Assembly: GCA_029858305.1 (NCBI GenBank) | Contig: JAOUFI010000002.1 | Coordinates: 1-64,000 of the forward strand | Source: Candidatus Thorarchaeota archaeon | GTDB lineage: Archaea > Asgardarchaeota > Thorarchaeia > Thorarchaeales > Thorarchaeaceae | Length of the DNA stretch: 64,000 bases | Direction of reading: 5' to 3' | In this document: positions 51,113 through 61,036 of the stretch, piece by piece | How positions within the stretch are numbered: the stretch's first letter is position 1 | Layout of the letters: every line of letters starts with the position of its first letter | The notes under the pieces: generated by a model | Seen by the model: the letters and a program-made list of their open reading frames with translations, nothing else | Database searches by the model: none | Told to the model about the DNA's origin: nothing | Position numbers and translations under genes: made by a program

Positions 51113-52977
51113 GCAACACCTCCTCTCTTGGAAATAGTTGCAAGCAATTCTTGAGCGCCAGGCAGTCTCTCAAAGACACGGCGATAATGCTCTGATTCGC
51201 GTAGCAGGTCTTCATGTCTTCCAGAAGCCACTAAATGACCTTTGTCGAGGATAATCACCATATCTGATTCCATAAGTGTACGCAATCTCTGAGTGACAGT
51301 AATGCTTGTTCGATCTTTCATTACCTCATCTAGAGCTTTCCTCATCAAGTACTCAGTCTGAGCATCAACAGCGCTTACCGAATCGTCAAGAAGAAGTATT
51401 TTGGGATTCTGAACCATAGCACGTGCAATGGCTAGTCTTTGTCGCTGACCTCCACTGAGTGTCATGCCTCGTTCACCAATCATCGAATCATAGCCTTCAG
51501 GCATCTCTACAATGAACTCATCAGCTTGAGCTCTTTTTGCAGCAGAGATAATCTCTTCATCAGATGCACCAGATCGACCAAAAGCAATGTTCTCGCGAAT
51601 AGTCATTCTGAAGAGAAATATGTCCTGTTCAACTAGACCCACAACATCTCGAACTGACTTCGTTGATACATTGCGAAGATTAACTCCGCCAACTCTTATT
51701 TCTCCCTCAGTAGGATCATATAGCCGAAGTAGGAGTTTCAGAAGAGAACTCTTTCCTGCACCAGGTCCGCCTATGAGCGCAACACGAGAGCCACCTGGTA
51801 TTGTAATTGAAAGATTCCGTATTGCATAATGCGGATTGTTGTTTTCTTCTCGACCATATCTGAAGCTGACATTATCAAAGACAACATCACCGGTCCAATC
51901 AACATCAAGAACCTCTTCCTCAGGTTCAGTCATTGGATCCTCCCAGTTAAGGAAATCTACAATGCGTTGAGCATTCACGAAACCACCTCTCAGTATGAGA
52001 AGCATCATTGGAAATTGGAAATTAAGTCCCTGAAGCGCAGTGAGGAGCCCAAGAATTATAATCAACTGACTAACGTCCATAATGCCATTAATCACCGCAT
52101 AGCCAGCATAAGCAAAAGCCACGGTCGTCATTCCTGCTAGAATCAATGCTGGTAGATAGAACGCTGAGAGCTTCCCCTCTTTCGCAGTTAATGATTCTTG
52201 GGATTTACTAATATCGTGGAATTTCTTAATCTCAAACTCCTCTGCATCGAAGGCTCTGACGACCTCGATACCTTGAAACACGCCTTGTGTTATTGAGGTC
52301 AAGGCTTCCATGTTTTCAGAGCGATTCCTTCTCACAGGTTCTATAGCATTAGCATAGCGATATGAGAAGATCAGATAGATTGGAAACCCTAACAGCATGA
52401 TGATAGTGAATCCATATATGGGGATAGCATAGCTTCCAATCTGAATGGTCAGCATGGTGCTTAATCCTGGAAGCCAGTCCATCTGTATTAAGAGAAGAGC
52501 TGTGATAAAGAAGGAAGCAAGTCCAGTCGCTATATTCCGTAATGCTGGATTGAGTGAGAATCTGACCCATTGGATGTCTTGCATGGCAACTGCGAGAAGA
52601 CGCTTACTATCGAATTCATCGTGAAATGTCATACTATTGACTTGTAGGGCTTCAAAGAAGTCCTGGCGAGCATCACGTTCCCATCGTAAAGTTAAGGTCG
52701 CCCAAACCCAACCACCCACAAAGAAGAGACCCATATAGAGAAGACCAAATATGATGATAAGCCATACATAATTAACAAATTGAGCAGTCATTGCAGCTGT
52801 GTTCTGAATCTCTCTTGCTGCAAGTCCGATGAATACTGCAGGAAAGACTGTAAGTAAAGTAGAAACCATAGTTAGTGTTAAACCTACAGTTGCTACTGCT
52901 TTATTTCGAGTCATTCCACTGAGCATGTATCTCCAGGGTGTTTTTCTAATGGTTTCGCCGCCGTTGTTTCTAGACAT
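51109..52977 (-). CDS. ABC exporter TMD-NBD subunit with degenerate catalytic residues
   Basis: GGPGAGKS, LSGGQRQ, LLDDS (E to D) and VTQRL (H to Q), as in TM287/288-type heterodimers. Confidence 0.92.
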   Translation of the reverse strand: MSRNNGGETIRKTPWRYMLSGMTRNKAVATVGLTLTMVSTLLTVFPAVFIGLAAREIQNTAAMTAQFVNYVWLIIIFGLLYMGLFFVGGWVWATLTLRWERDARQDFFEALQVNSMTFHDEFDSKRLLAVAMQDIQWVRFSLNPALRNIATGLASFFITALLLIQMDWLPGLSTMLTIQIGSYAIPIYGFTIIMLLGFPIYLIFSYRYANAIEPVRRNRSENMEALTSITQGVFQGIEVVRAFDAEEFEIKKFHDISKSQESLTAKEGKLSAFYLPALILAGMTTVAFAYAGYAVINGIMDVSQLIIILGLLTALQGLNFQFPMMLLILRGGFVNAQRIVDFLNWEDPMTEPEEEVLDVDWTGDVVFDNVSFRYGREENNNPHYAIRNLSITIPGGSRVALIGGPGAGKSSLLKLLLRLYDPTEGEIRVGGVNLRNVSTKSVRDVVGLVEQDIFLFRMTIRENIAFGRSGASDEEIISAAKRAQADEFIVEMPEGYDSMIGERGMTLSGGQRQRLAIARAMVQNPKILLLDDSVSAVDAQTEYLMRKALDEVMKDRTSITVTQRLRTLMESDMVIILDKGHLVASGRHEDLLRESEHYRRVFERLPGAQELLATISKRGGVA

Positions 52978-53521
52978 TCTGTGTGGCTCCAGTTTTTAAT
53001 TGATTAATGAGAGAAGATATTTTTGTAGCCATCTCCTCAAGATGGCGGAGCAATTGTTGCTGTTGCTTTTTATCGAGCGAATTTAATATAGAATCAAACG
53101 ATTCTATCGAGTGTTTCATCCCATGCATATGGAATTTAACGCGTTCTTCTGGGTCCAAGAGCTTTTCCCAAAGGCGTGGTCCAAGCCGAGTTTTCTCTCC
53201 CACGGCGCCCTTCATGTGTTTGATTATTAGAACCATCTGCTTCTTGCCTTCCTCTGTAAGTCGATATGTCTTGCTTCGGCCTTCAGTTGAAGCAGCTTCA
53301 ATAATACTGTCTTCCTCCAAGGATGAAAGCAAAGGATATATGGTTCCAGGGCTTGGGTTCCACTCACCTTCAGATAACTCCCCTAGTCGTTGCATAATAT
53401 CGGTTCCAGTCATTTCTTGGGACCGTAACAGACGAGGGATAATATGACGAAGAAGGCCTCTAGGTACTGATTGGGGCATACCGAGATGTTCACAATCTTT
53501 ATCCTGAGACTCATCGTTCAT
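52970..53521 (-). CDS. PadR-family transcriptional regulator
   Basis: RGLLR, W.PSPGTIYPLL..LEE and KTYRLTEEG. Real start MNDESQ at 53521. Confidence 0.9.
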   Translation of the reverse strand: MNDESQDKDCEHLGMPQSVPRGLLRHIIPRLLRSQEMTGTDIMQRLGELSEGEWNPSPGTIYPLLSSLEEDSIIEAASTEGRSKTYRLTEEGKKQMVLIIKHMKGAVGEKTRLGPRLWEKLLDPEERVKFHMHGMKHSIESFDSILNSLDKKQQQQLLRHLEEMATKISSLINQLKTGATQNV

Positions 53522-53538
53522 TATTTTAGCTCCTGAAT

Positions 53539-53564
53539 TATCGCATCCGATATCGGATACGATA
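53539..53564. promoter_or_regulatory. 26-bp near-perfect palindrome, putative PadR operator
   Basis: TATCGCATCCGATATCGGATACGATA (one mismatched pair), lying between the minus-strand TTTATA box and the padR ATG. Confidence 0.75.
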
Positions 53565-53633
53565 TAAAGATTGTTGTATCTACATCCGGTTTCTTTAGAG
53601 GATTGACTCAGAGCAAGTTTGATAAGAATCTCC

Positions 53634-55523
53634 ATGTTCAACACTAAGAAAGCTATTGAGGATACTCCATTGGGTGAGAAGGCTAAGGTCAAGGAAACTG
53701 TACGTCTGTTTGAAAAGATCTGGCAGTTACCATCATTTCGAGGAATTTTGGGGATAATGGCTTTAGAAGTGCTAATTGTATCCCTCATTGCTACAGGTCT
53801 AAAGATAATTTATGACAAGACTGCCGTACCTCTATTGACCCTAATCCTGTATGTGATTATTCTTGGTATACCAACATTCTTCGGCTCAGGTATTCTCTAT
53901 CTAATAGTAACAGATGAGGGCTCTCCTCTCGATGCTCGGAGAACAGCAGGGTCGGTCATGTTTGGAAATCTCATCTGGTACTCCATGGGGCTCATTGGAG
54001 TTCATATCGACAGTGTAATTCCCGTTCAAGCTTATGAAATTAGATTCTTTACTGTCGGAGCTAGCTTAGGATATCTGATATTCGCATTTCTTGTCAATGC
54101 ACTTAGTGATCATAGAGAGGCTCGCAACTTTGTAGGAGCTGCTGCACCTCTCGTTCTATGGGTGATTCTAGAACTGCTGCTGGCGCCTTTGGATGATGCA
54201 GTGCCAGTGATGTCAGAATTTTGGTACATAACCCTCCCAATCATCCTCGCCGTCTCAACCTTCGTTGTTCATTATATCTATAGATCTGTGAGTGTTCCCT
54301 TCGAGAGAGACCTAGGTATCAATGGTCCTGCATTGTTACGCGCCTTTGGGCACGATTATCTATCGGGAAATCCAATACCTATCGATAGGTTGTTGACAGA
54401 GATATCTACCCCGCAGGATGTTCCTATGGAAGTCATACTCTTTCGTGATTCACAAAACACCTCTGAGCTACTTGCTTGTGGAGTCATTCAGTATGTGCAT
54501 CCAGGCCCATTCAGAGATGTTGGGAGTAGTGAATTGCCATCAGTAATTATGGAACATGTTAAGAGGAAATATGACATTCCAACCTTTGTCATGCACGGAA
54601 CATGCACCCACCAGCAGAATCTGACAAGCAAGGACGATTACCAGAAGGTACTTGATGAGATTGATAGATTGATTGAGAACACACCAATGCATGGCGAAAT
54701 CTCTGGGCCTCATTGGACAGATGGCGAGAAATTCAAAGTATGGACACTTTTTGTAGGAGAAAATGTTCTGGCAATCACGACTAGTGCACCTGATTTCACA
54801 GATGACATTTCTCTTGAGGTAGGATATGACGCTGCAAATATGGTGAGACAACGACTTCCTGAAATCAAGGGAGTAGCAATCGCAGATGCCCACAATTGTA
54901 TCAATGACCACGCAATTTCAGTTGTACCAGGAGATCCAGAAGCCACCGAGTATGTAGGAGCTGTATCGGGAGCTGTCTTCTCATACTTGAATGAACCAAG
55001 GTCTAAGGTGAAGATGGGTATCTATCAGGTATTTCCCAAGGACATCAGTCCTCAAGAAGGTATAGGTCCTGGGGGCATCAGTGCGCTATCACTAATATAT
55101 GAAGACTACCGATTTGCACTGATTTCAGTTGACGGTAATAATATGGAACCAGGTTTTCGTGAAAGAGTGATCAGTAACTTGAAGGCGCAGGGATATGACG
55201 ATGCAGAAGTAGTCACCACAGATACTCACGTGGTCAATGCAATATCTCTCTCAAGTAAAGGCTACCCACCCGTCGGTAGGAACAAACCAGACGAAACAAT
55301 CGAGCACATCCTAGTAGCCTCGTTGAAAGCTAGAGAAAAGACTCAAGCTGTTCAAATTGGCCTAGGTTTTGGAATAGTTAAGGGAATAAGGACCTTAGGC
55401 GAGAAGGGCTTCGACATCCTGACACAGGATATCGCAGAAGCTGCAGGAATTGCAAAGCATGTAGGTACTCGTGTTGGCATTGGATCAGTTCTTGTGGCAA
55501 TTCTGTTAGCCTTTCTTCTATAG
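53634..55523 (+). CDS. DUF2070-family archaeal membrane protein
   Basis: N-terminal TM bundle, then HPGPFRDVGSS, HG.CTH, DAHN, DGNNM and TTDTH. Confidence 0.85.
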   Translation: MFNTKKAIEDTPLGEKAKVKETVRLFEKIWQLPSFRGILGIMALEVLIVSLIATGLKIIYDKTAVPLLTLILYVIILGIPTFFGSGILYLIVTDEGSPLDARRTAGSVMFGNLIWYSMGLIGVHIDSVIPVQAYEIRFFTVGASLGYLIFAFLVNALSDHREARNFVGAAAPLVLWVILELLLAPLDDAVPVMSEFWYITLPIILAVSTFVVHYIYRSVSVPFERDLGINGPALLRAFGHDYLSGNPIPIDRLLTEISTPQDVPMEVILFRDSQNTSELLACGVIQYVHPGPFRDVGSSELPSVIMEHVKRKYDIPTFVMHGTCTHQQNLTSKDDYQKVLDEIDRLIENTPMHGEISGPHWTDGEKFKVWTLFVGENVLAITTSAPDFTDDISLEVGYDAANMVRQRLPEIKGVAIADAHNCINDHAISVVPGDPEATEYVGAVSGAVFSYLNEPRSKVKMGIYQVFPKDISPQEGIGPGGISALSLIYEDYRFALISVDGNNMEPGFRERVISNLKAQGYDDAEVVTTDTHVVNAISLSSKGYPPVGRNKPDETIEHILVASLKAREKTQAVQIGLGFGIVKGIRTLGEKGFDILTQDIAEAAGIAKHVGTRVGIGSVLVAILLAFLL

Positions 55524-55591
55524 CTATTGACAAAACGCAGGTTTCGATAGAAGTATATGTGATGAGAGAGATTGTCGAAGAACAAGGGGCG

Positions 55592-56164
55592 ATGTCTGTG
55601 AACAAGAAACGTGTCTTCGTAGGGATTACTGGTGCTAGTGGAGCAATTTACGGAGTCAGATTAGTTAGAGCATTAAAATCAGAAGGACATGAAGTTCATC
55701 TAGTTGTAAGTAAATGGGGAGCTGAAACCCTAAAGTATGAGCTTGATATTGATGCTGATACATTAGGGCACGAAGTAGATAAATTCTATAATGAACAAGA
55801 TCTAGCAGCAGGACCAGCTAGCGGCAGCTACCCTCTCGATGCAGTTGTTGTAATTCCATGTTCAATGAAGACACTAGCAGGAATCGCTCATGGGTATGCA
55901 GATAATTTGATTGCTCGTGCCGCTGATTGCGCTCTAAAGGAACGTCGAAAACTGATACTCGTTCCCAGAGAAACTCCCTTGAACCTAGTTCACATTCAGA
56001 ATATGAAATCAGTGACGGAAGCAGGAGCAATACTAATTCCTGCAAGTCCTGCATTTTGGCATAAACCAAAGAGTATCGAAGAACTAGTTGATTCGGTTGT
56101 CGACAGAGTTCTATCTCATTTGACTGCTCGCAGGGATTCTGCTGCAACATGGACAGGAGAATGA
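55592..56164 (+). CDS. ubiX: Flavin prenyltransferase
   Basis: GITGASGA.YG, ASGS, PCSMKTL, RAAD..LKERR.LILVPRETP and PAFWHKP. Confidence 0.93.
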   Translation: MSVNKKRVFVGITGASGAIYGVRLVRALKSEGHEVHLVVSKWGAETLKYELDIDADTLGHEVDKFYNEQDLAAGPASGSYPLDAVVVIPCSMKTLAGIAHGYADNLIARAADCALKERRKLILVPRETPLNLVHIQNMKSVTEAGAILIPASPAFWHKPKSIEELVDSVVDRVLSHLTARRDSAATWTGE

Positions 56165-56173
56165 GCTCTTCAG

Positions 56174-58030
56174 TTATCCCCAATGCAGCGGTACTCCACA
56201 GTGCTCACAGACAATTGTTTCACCAGGTAAAGCTCGCTTGATAAGCCCAGCTCCACAATGTGGGCAAGCAATTTTCTTTGGTGCAGTATCGTCGGTTTTT
56301 GTTTGAATCCTTAGGAGAACCTCACGTAGATTCTCGCGCATCTCTGCCAGCATGAGCTCCAATTTTGTTTCATTATTGCTAGCAACCGTGATTCTGATTA
56401 CAAGATTCTCCTTTGATACTGAGCCGACAACAACAAACTCATCACCGACAAGTGCCTTTCCGTAGTACCATACCTCAAAACCGGTTTTAGAATCTGCTAG
56501 CTCATCGATAAAGAGGACATTGTGTTGCTCAATGATATTCTTTACAATTTCCAGCATCTCAGCGGGGTCAGCATTTGCATCCATCTGATATTCACATGCA
56601 TGTTTGGTTTGAAGCGTCGAATCCATTAGAGCTTGAATATCTGAGAGCGTTTTTGTTAGAAGATAGGCATCACGTGCAGCAGAGGCATGTGCCAATGGAA
56701 CAGATACAACTGATTCACCATGTTTGTTACATGAAAGCTGTACATCTGCACTTTCAGCCATTTCTTTGATTTGAATTAGATCGATGGGATTATGGCATTT
56801 ATGGCATTCAAAGAGTTGCATATAGGTTCTTGAGAGTGTTTCTGGATGAGCAGTAGTAGAGAGATAGCGGGTGCTCCCATGACCGTTACGACATTCAATT
56901 TTTAATTCAATGGTGTTTTCTTTGACTTTTGAATCCCTAATTAGAATCGGTGCAGAGCATTTAGTGCACTTGAGACTCTCTTCAATGGTTGACTCTCGAT
57001 CAATTTCAGATTCTCTAGTTTCAAGATGTTTATAGATATCAGGTTTGATTCCTTTGCGCATTTTATTATGCAGTGGGCAGACAAGCTCAAGTTCAACATT
57101 GGTACCGTTTACTTTCTTTCCCACGATTTCCGTAAGGAGGTCGCAATCATTGCACTTCATGATTCCACCCACAATCGCGTCAATTGCTTCCTCGTCAAGG
57201 TCCGTCGGTTGATTCATCTCGATGGAATGACCGTTTGGACAAATACATTTCAATTTGTACTTGTTCTTATCCAAATCGATGGCCCGAATTGAAAGCTCGT
57301 TATTACATTGAGTGCATTTGAGCATCGACCTCACAATAGTGCCCTCAGATAGAGCCTCAGTAATTTTCTCAATCATCCACGCGTGTTTTGCGGGCATCTC
57401 TTTCTTTGTCCTACCATGTGCAGGACACGACATCTCTACACGAGCCTTGTCACCCTTTACGGAAACATCAAGAACTTGACACGGTAAACCGCATTGCTCA
57501 CAATGAATGAGCCGTTTGAAGACAGTTTTAAGAATTGAAGGATCAGCCTCAGTAGGCGCATAACGAATCTCTTTATGCCCATTTGGACAGCGATACTTGA
57601 ACTCCATAATCCCCTTTTTATCGTCTATTGATTGCGTTGAGAGGATTTGTTTACAACGAGGACAAGTGAGCGAATCGAGAATTGATTTTGCACTATTTAC
57701 AGTACCTTGGATATCTGTTATGGCGCTGTGATAGAATGATGGATTCTTTTTCTTCAACGGTCCATGAATTGGACACAGAAACATGTACTCAACTTCGTGT
57801 CTACCCAAATCTGTGTGCACTAGAGACATTGTAGAACCACACACAACGCATGTGAATAGACCCTTGTAAATTTCGGGAGCCATGCTATCTACTTGATACC
57901 GTGCAACGTCTCTCTTGCCTTTGTGACCGTTGAAACATTGACAATACAGCCGCACCGTGCTACCACGCATCTCGCTTCCGAGAATAGAGAAAGGTTCCTT
58001 ACATTTCTTGCAAACGAACACATCTATCAA
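56174..58030 (-). CDS. Protein with eight Cys/His Zn-finger-like repeats, an alpha/beta platform-like domain and a terminal Zn ribbon
   Basis: Eight CxxC-x21-C units alternating CxNGH and CxxH(G); C-terminal CPHCG...CEHCG. Confidence 0.8.
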   Translation of the reverse strand: MIDVFVCKKCKEPFSILGSEMRGSTVRLYCQCFNGHKGKRDVARYQVDSMAPEIYKGLFTCVVCGSTMSLVHTDLGRHEVEYMFLCPIHGPLKKKNPSFYHSAITDIQGTVNSAKSILDSLTCPRCKQILSTQSIDDKKGIMEFKYRCPNGHKEIRYAPTEADPSILKTVFKRLIHCEQCGLPCQVLDVSVKGDKARVEMSCPAHGRTKKEMPAKHAWMIEKITEALSEGTIVRSMLKCTQCNNELSIRAIDLDKNKYKLKCICPNGHSIEMNQPTDLDEEAIDAIVGGIMKCNDCDLLTEIVGKKVNGTNVELELVCPLHNKMRKGIKPDIYKHLETRESEIDRESTIEESLKCTKCSAPILIRDSKVKENTIELKIECRNGHGSTRYLSTTAHPETLSRTYMQLFECHKCHNPIDLIQIKEMAESADVQLSCNKHGESVVSVPLAHASAARDAYLLTKTLSDIQALMDSTLQTKHACEYQMDANADPAEMLEIVKNIIEQHNVLFIDELADSKTGFEVWYYGKALVGDEFVVVGSVSKENLVIRITVASNNETKLELMLAEMRENLREVLLRIQTKTDDTAPKKIACPHCGAGLIKRALPGETIVCEHCGVPLHWG

Positions 58031-58105
58031 CTACCTTGGCGCAGCACGTAGTCAATCTCATAAATTCCTCGAGCTTCCTAATATGTACTCCGCATACGAG
58101 ACTAA

Positions 58106-60382
58106 TCATTGTAGATATAATGCAATGGTAAGAGAATGAGTGCAATACTTACAACGAATTGGCAGACGTTTTCCCAGATCTTCCACTTGATCTGTTTCTA
58201 GGGGTGCTCCACATCGTAGACACACCCATGAATCCATTGTGTCAGCAAGCTCATCAATGGTTGTAGGTAGCATTGATACATCCTCACCAAGGGCTTCTAC
58301 TTTTACAACTGAGTGACGACCATTTTCTGGACCAGATATTAGGAGAACAACCGCTATCTTTCGCTTTGTATACTTGCCTTCAGCATAGCCACGGATGGTT
58401 CCTATGAATTCACCCGAAATTACATGCTCCTCAGTATCCACAACATGGAAATTCTTCGTAGGCAATATTTTCTCAGCCTTCGTGAATAAGACCTTAGCAT
58501 TCCAATCAAGAGTCTGCTCTTGCTGAGTCTTTTCAAGACTGGATAGAACAAGGTTAAACTCTGCAGATGTTTTCTTAGAAGGGGTCAAAAGATCGCAGAC
58601 TGAACGAATCAGATATGGCTCTACACTCATTGTGTGTAACTGATCGAGAAAATCAATGTATGAAACTGTTGCAACAACTTTTCCCTGTACACAATCCTTT
58701 GTTGGGTAGAACGTGAACTGAGGGCTTCTAAAGCCGCCTACTTCGATTCTAGATATTGTTTTCACACTCTCTCCAGCCAGCTCCATACAGTCTACCGGAT
58801 ATGCAACAATACTCACTGTTACATTTGTGATAACATATCCACTATTATTGGCTACTTTGACCTTGTAATCAAATTTACCTCCAACAATCTCACAACCACG
58901 CATAGCCTTAACTCCGCCATCTGGAGAATCAATGGATTCACCCTCCGCTTCTAGAGTTTCAGGTGGTTTGGGTTCACTCACTTCAACTGGAGGTTTTGCC
59001 TTGTCAGCCAGCATTTCTGCATATGCATTCTGCATAGCTTTGGCATGGTCAGGAGGAATATCAAATACGTACTTTCCGTGAATTGAGCACAATTGAACAA
59101 CCCGGTCCTCACGACCACCAGGTTCCACATATACTAAATCTAATGGCTCATAACACTCAGGACATTGGAAGAAACGCTTGTAAAGATCGACAAGAGTCTC
59201 TAGCTCCAATTCAGGTTTAAACAGTCTCTTACTTCTATGACTGTTTCTACACTCTACATCAAACTCTACGAGTCCTCGACGTTCTTCAACATCTCTTAGT
59301 GTGAGCGGCATACTACATTTTTCGCAGCTTAGACTTCTTACAATAGATGGGAGGCGGTCAATTAAGTGTTCATGGTCAGAAATAATATTGAAGATGGAAG
59401 GGGTTGCTTCTCTTTGCATCACACCATGAATTGGACAGACAATCTGGAATGCAACTTTCTTTGCACTCTTCCTCTTACTCAGAATATGTGTTAAGTGTCC
59501 ACAATCATCGCATGTGAGTATAGCAGCTGTTATCCGGTTAGCAACTGCATCATTCCATGTGAGTGGAAGTATCCTCTCTGTAGTGACCTTATTGCCAGGG
59601 CAAATGCACTTCAACTTGTAGCCAGATTTATCATCCTCAATACTTCTTATTGCCAGAGGTTGTCTGCACTCATTTGTAGTGAGAGTGGCTCGAAGTACTG
59701 CATCCTCAGGTATCTCAGAAATTGATTCTCTAAGTGGACCTACAAATTGTGTAGGAATGTCCTTCTTAGTAACACCATGAACTGGGCATGCGACATATAC
59801 ACGTGCTGAATTACCTCGTTCTTCTAAATCAGCTATATGTCCAGGAAGTCCACATTTATCGCAATGAACTACTCGCTGCAGAATTCTCTTTAGAAGAGAT
59901 GTTTCCAAGTCACTTGGGAGGTACCTACTTGCCTTGTGATTATTTGCACATCTTACCTCGATCTCTATTATTCCTCGACGTTGCTCTACCTCGCTGATAG
60001 CATATACAAACCCACACTGTGGACATCTGAAAGAATCAATGATGGCTCTTGGACTATCAACCTCTGCAGCCGCAAGCTGTACAGTTGAAAGAAACTCTCT
60101 TGGAAATTCACGTTTCTCCATCCCATGACGCGGGCAGAGAAAGATTCCCTCAGTCTTTGATCCTTGGATAATAGTATCAACAAGTGTCATGTTCGAGCCA
60201 CACTCTGTGCATACAAACATCTTCTTGAAAATCTCTGAACCAACATCGCTTATCTGATGCTCGGCGAGTCGCCTTGCACTTTTATGACCATTCAGACATT
60301 GTGTTTCAAGAGTCAGGATGTGGTCTTGCATCTCAGCGTTTCGTACGTACAGGGGTTCTTGGCATTTCTTGCATGAGAACAC
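58106..60382 (-). CDS. Paralog with eight Zn-finger-like repeats, Ig-like and platform (adaptin-appendage-like) domains and a terminal Zn ribbon
   Basis: Same repeat register (fifth unit degenerate), a Pro/Glu linker, KVKVANNSGYVITNV beta-sandwich, LLTPSKKTSAEF..L and CLRCG...CKYC. Confidence 0.8.
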   Translation of the reverse strand: MFSCKKCQEPLYVRNAEMQDHILTLETQCLNGHKSARRLAEHQISDVGSEIFKKMFVCTECGSNMTLVDTIIQGSKTEGIFLCPRHGMEKREFPREFLSTVQLAAAEVDSPRAIIDSFRCPQCGFVYAISEVEQRRGIIEIEVRCANNHKASRYLPSDLETSLLKRILQRVVHCDKCGLPGHIADLEERGNSARVYVACPVHGVTKKDIPTQFVGPLRESISEIPEDAVLRATLTTNECRQPLAIRSIEDDKSGYKLKCICPGNKVTTERILPLTWNDAVANRITAAILTCDDCGHLTHILSKRKSAKKVAFQIVCPIHGVMQREATPSIFNIISDHEHLIDRLPSIVRSLSCEKCSMPLTLRDVEERRGLVEFDVECRNSHRSKRLFKPELELETLVDLYKRFFQCPECYEPLDLVYVEPGGREDRVVQLCSIHGKYVFDIPPDHAKAMQNAYAEMLADKAKPPVEVSEPKPPETLEAEGESIDSPDGGVKAMRGCEIVGGKFDYKVKVANNSGYVITNVTVSIVAYPVDCMELAGESVKTISRIEVGGFRSPQFTFYPTKDCVQGKVVATVSYIDFLDQLHTMSVEPYLIRSVCDLLTPSKKTSAEFNLVLSSLEKTQQEQTLDWNAKVLFTKAEKILPTKNFHVVDTEEHVISGEFIGTIRGYAEGKYTKRKIAVVLLISGPENGRHSVVKVEALGEDVSMLPTTIDELADTMDSWVCLRCGAPLETDQVEDLGKRLPIRCKYCTHSLTIALYLQ

Positions 60383-60489
60383 AGCTTAACACCCGAGTGG
60401 AAAAATGATATCGATTAATACAACTGATGCAGAACTTTGGTTCTTAAGCAAATCTTAGACAAGCATCTCGGGCTACTTATATCGACGCT

Positions 60490-60978
60490 CTATTCTTGCT
60501 TGTCTTTATCAGGGGCATTTGCTTCTTGCTTTTCAGGTTCTTTTGCAGTCTTTTCCTCTTTTGCCCTTTCGTGCATCTTGGAGTCTATAAGTTTCTGCAA
60601 TCGTGTCATAACAGGAAGCTCACCACGCTGGAGAGCTAGAGGTATGGCAAAATACACGATTATGACACCACCAATCACTATCAGTGGAGGAGAAAGCACC
60701 GAAATCACTGGAACATAAATTATGTAATATCCTATAATCTGCATCAATCCACCGAAAAGCAGTCCTGGCCAAGCAAGTGTCGCGGGTCTTTTCAGCGAAG
60801 TGATTGCAGCATAAAAACAGACAAGGACAAATCCAGTGGAGCGGAATAGTCCATTTAGAAATTCCAAATAGTAGCCTAGCAACCAAATGAGTGCTCCGAC
60901 CAGCATCATCAAGAAATTCATATCTAGTACGATTGACTTTGAGCCATTCTCACGTGCTTCAATCATAGTAATCACCAA
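60490..60978 (-). CDS. Small four-TM membrane protein with charged tail
   Basis: Four hydrophobic segments and a K/E-rich C-terminus. Confidence 0.65.
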   Translation of the reverse strand: MVITMIEARENGSKSIVLDMNFLMMLVGALIWLLGYYLEFLNGLFRSTGFVLVCFYAAITSLKRPATLAWPGLLFGGLMQIIGYYIIYVPVISVLSPPLIVIGGVIIVYFAIPLALQRGELPVMTRLQKLIDSKMHERAKEEKTAKEPEKQEANAPDKDKQE

Positions 60979-61036
60979 GAACCTATTCGTTCATTCAAGA
61001 TAAGGTTAGCACTATGAATGATATAAGTAATTCTTC

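Noticed and set aside
53522-53788. N-terminal extension of the PadR ORF given in the track
   Set aside because: It overlaps the divergent DUF2070 gene and spans the TATA box and operator; ATG 53521 is the plausible start.
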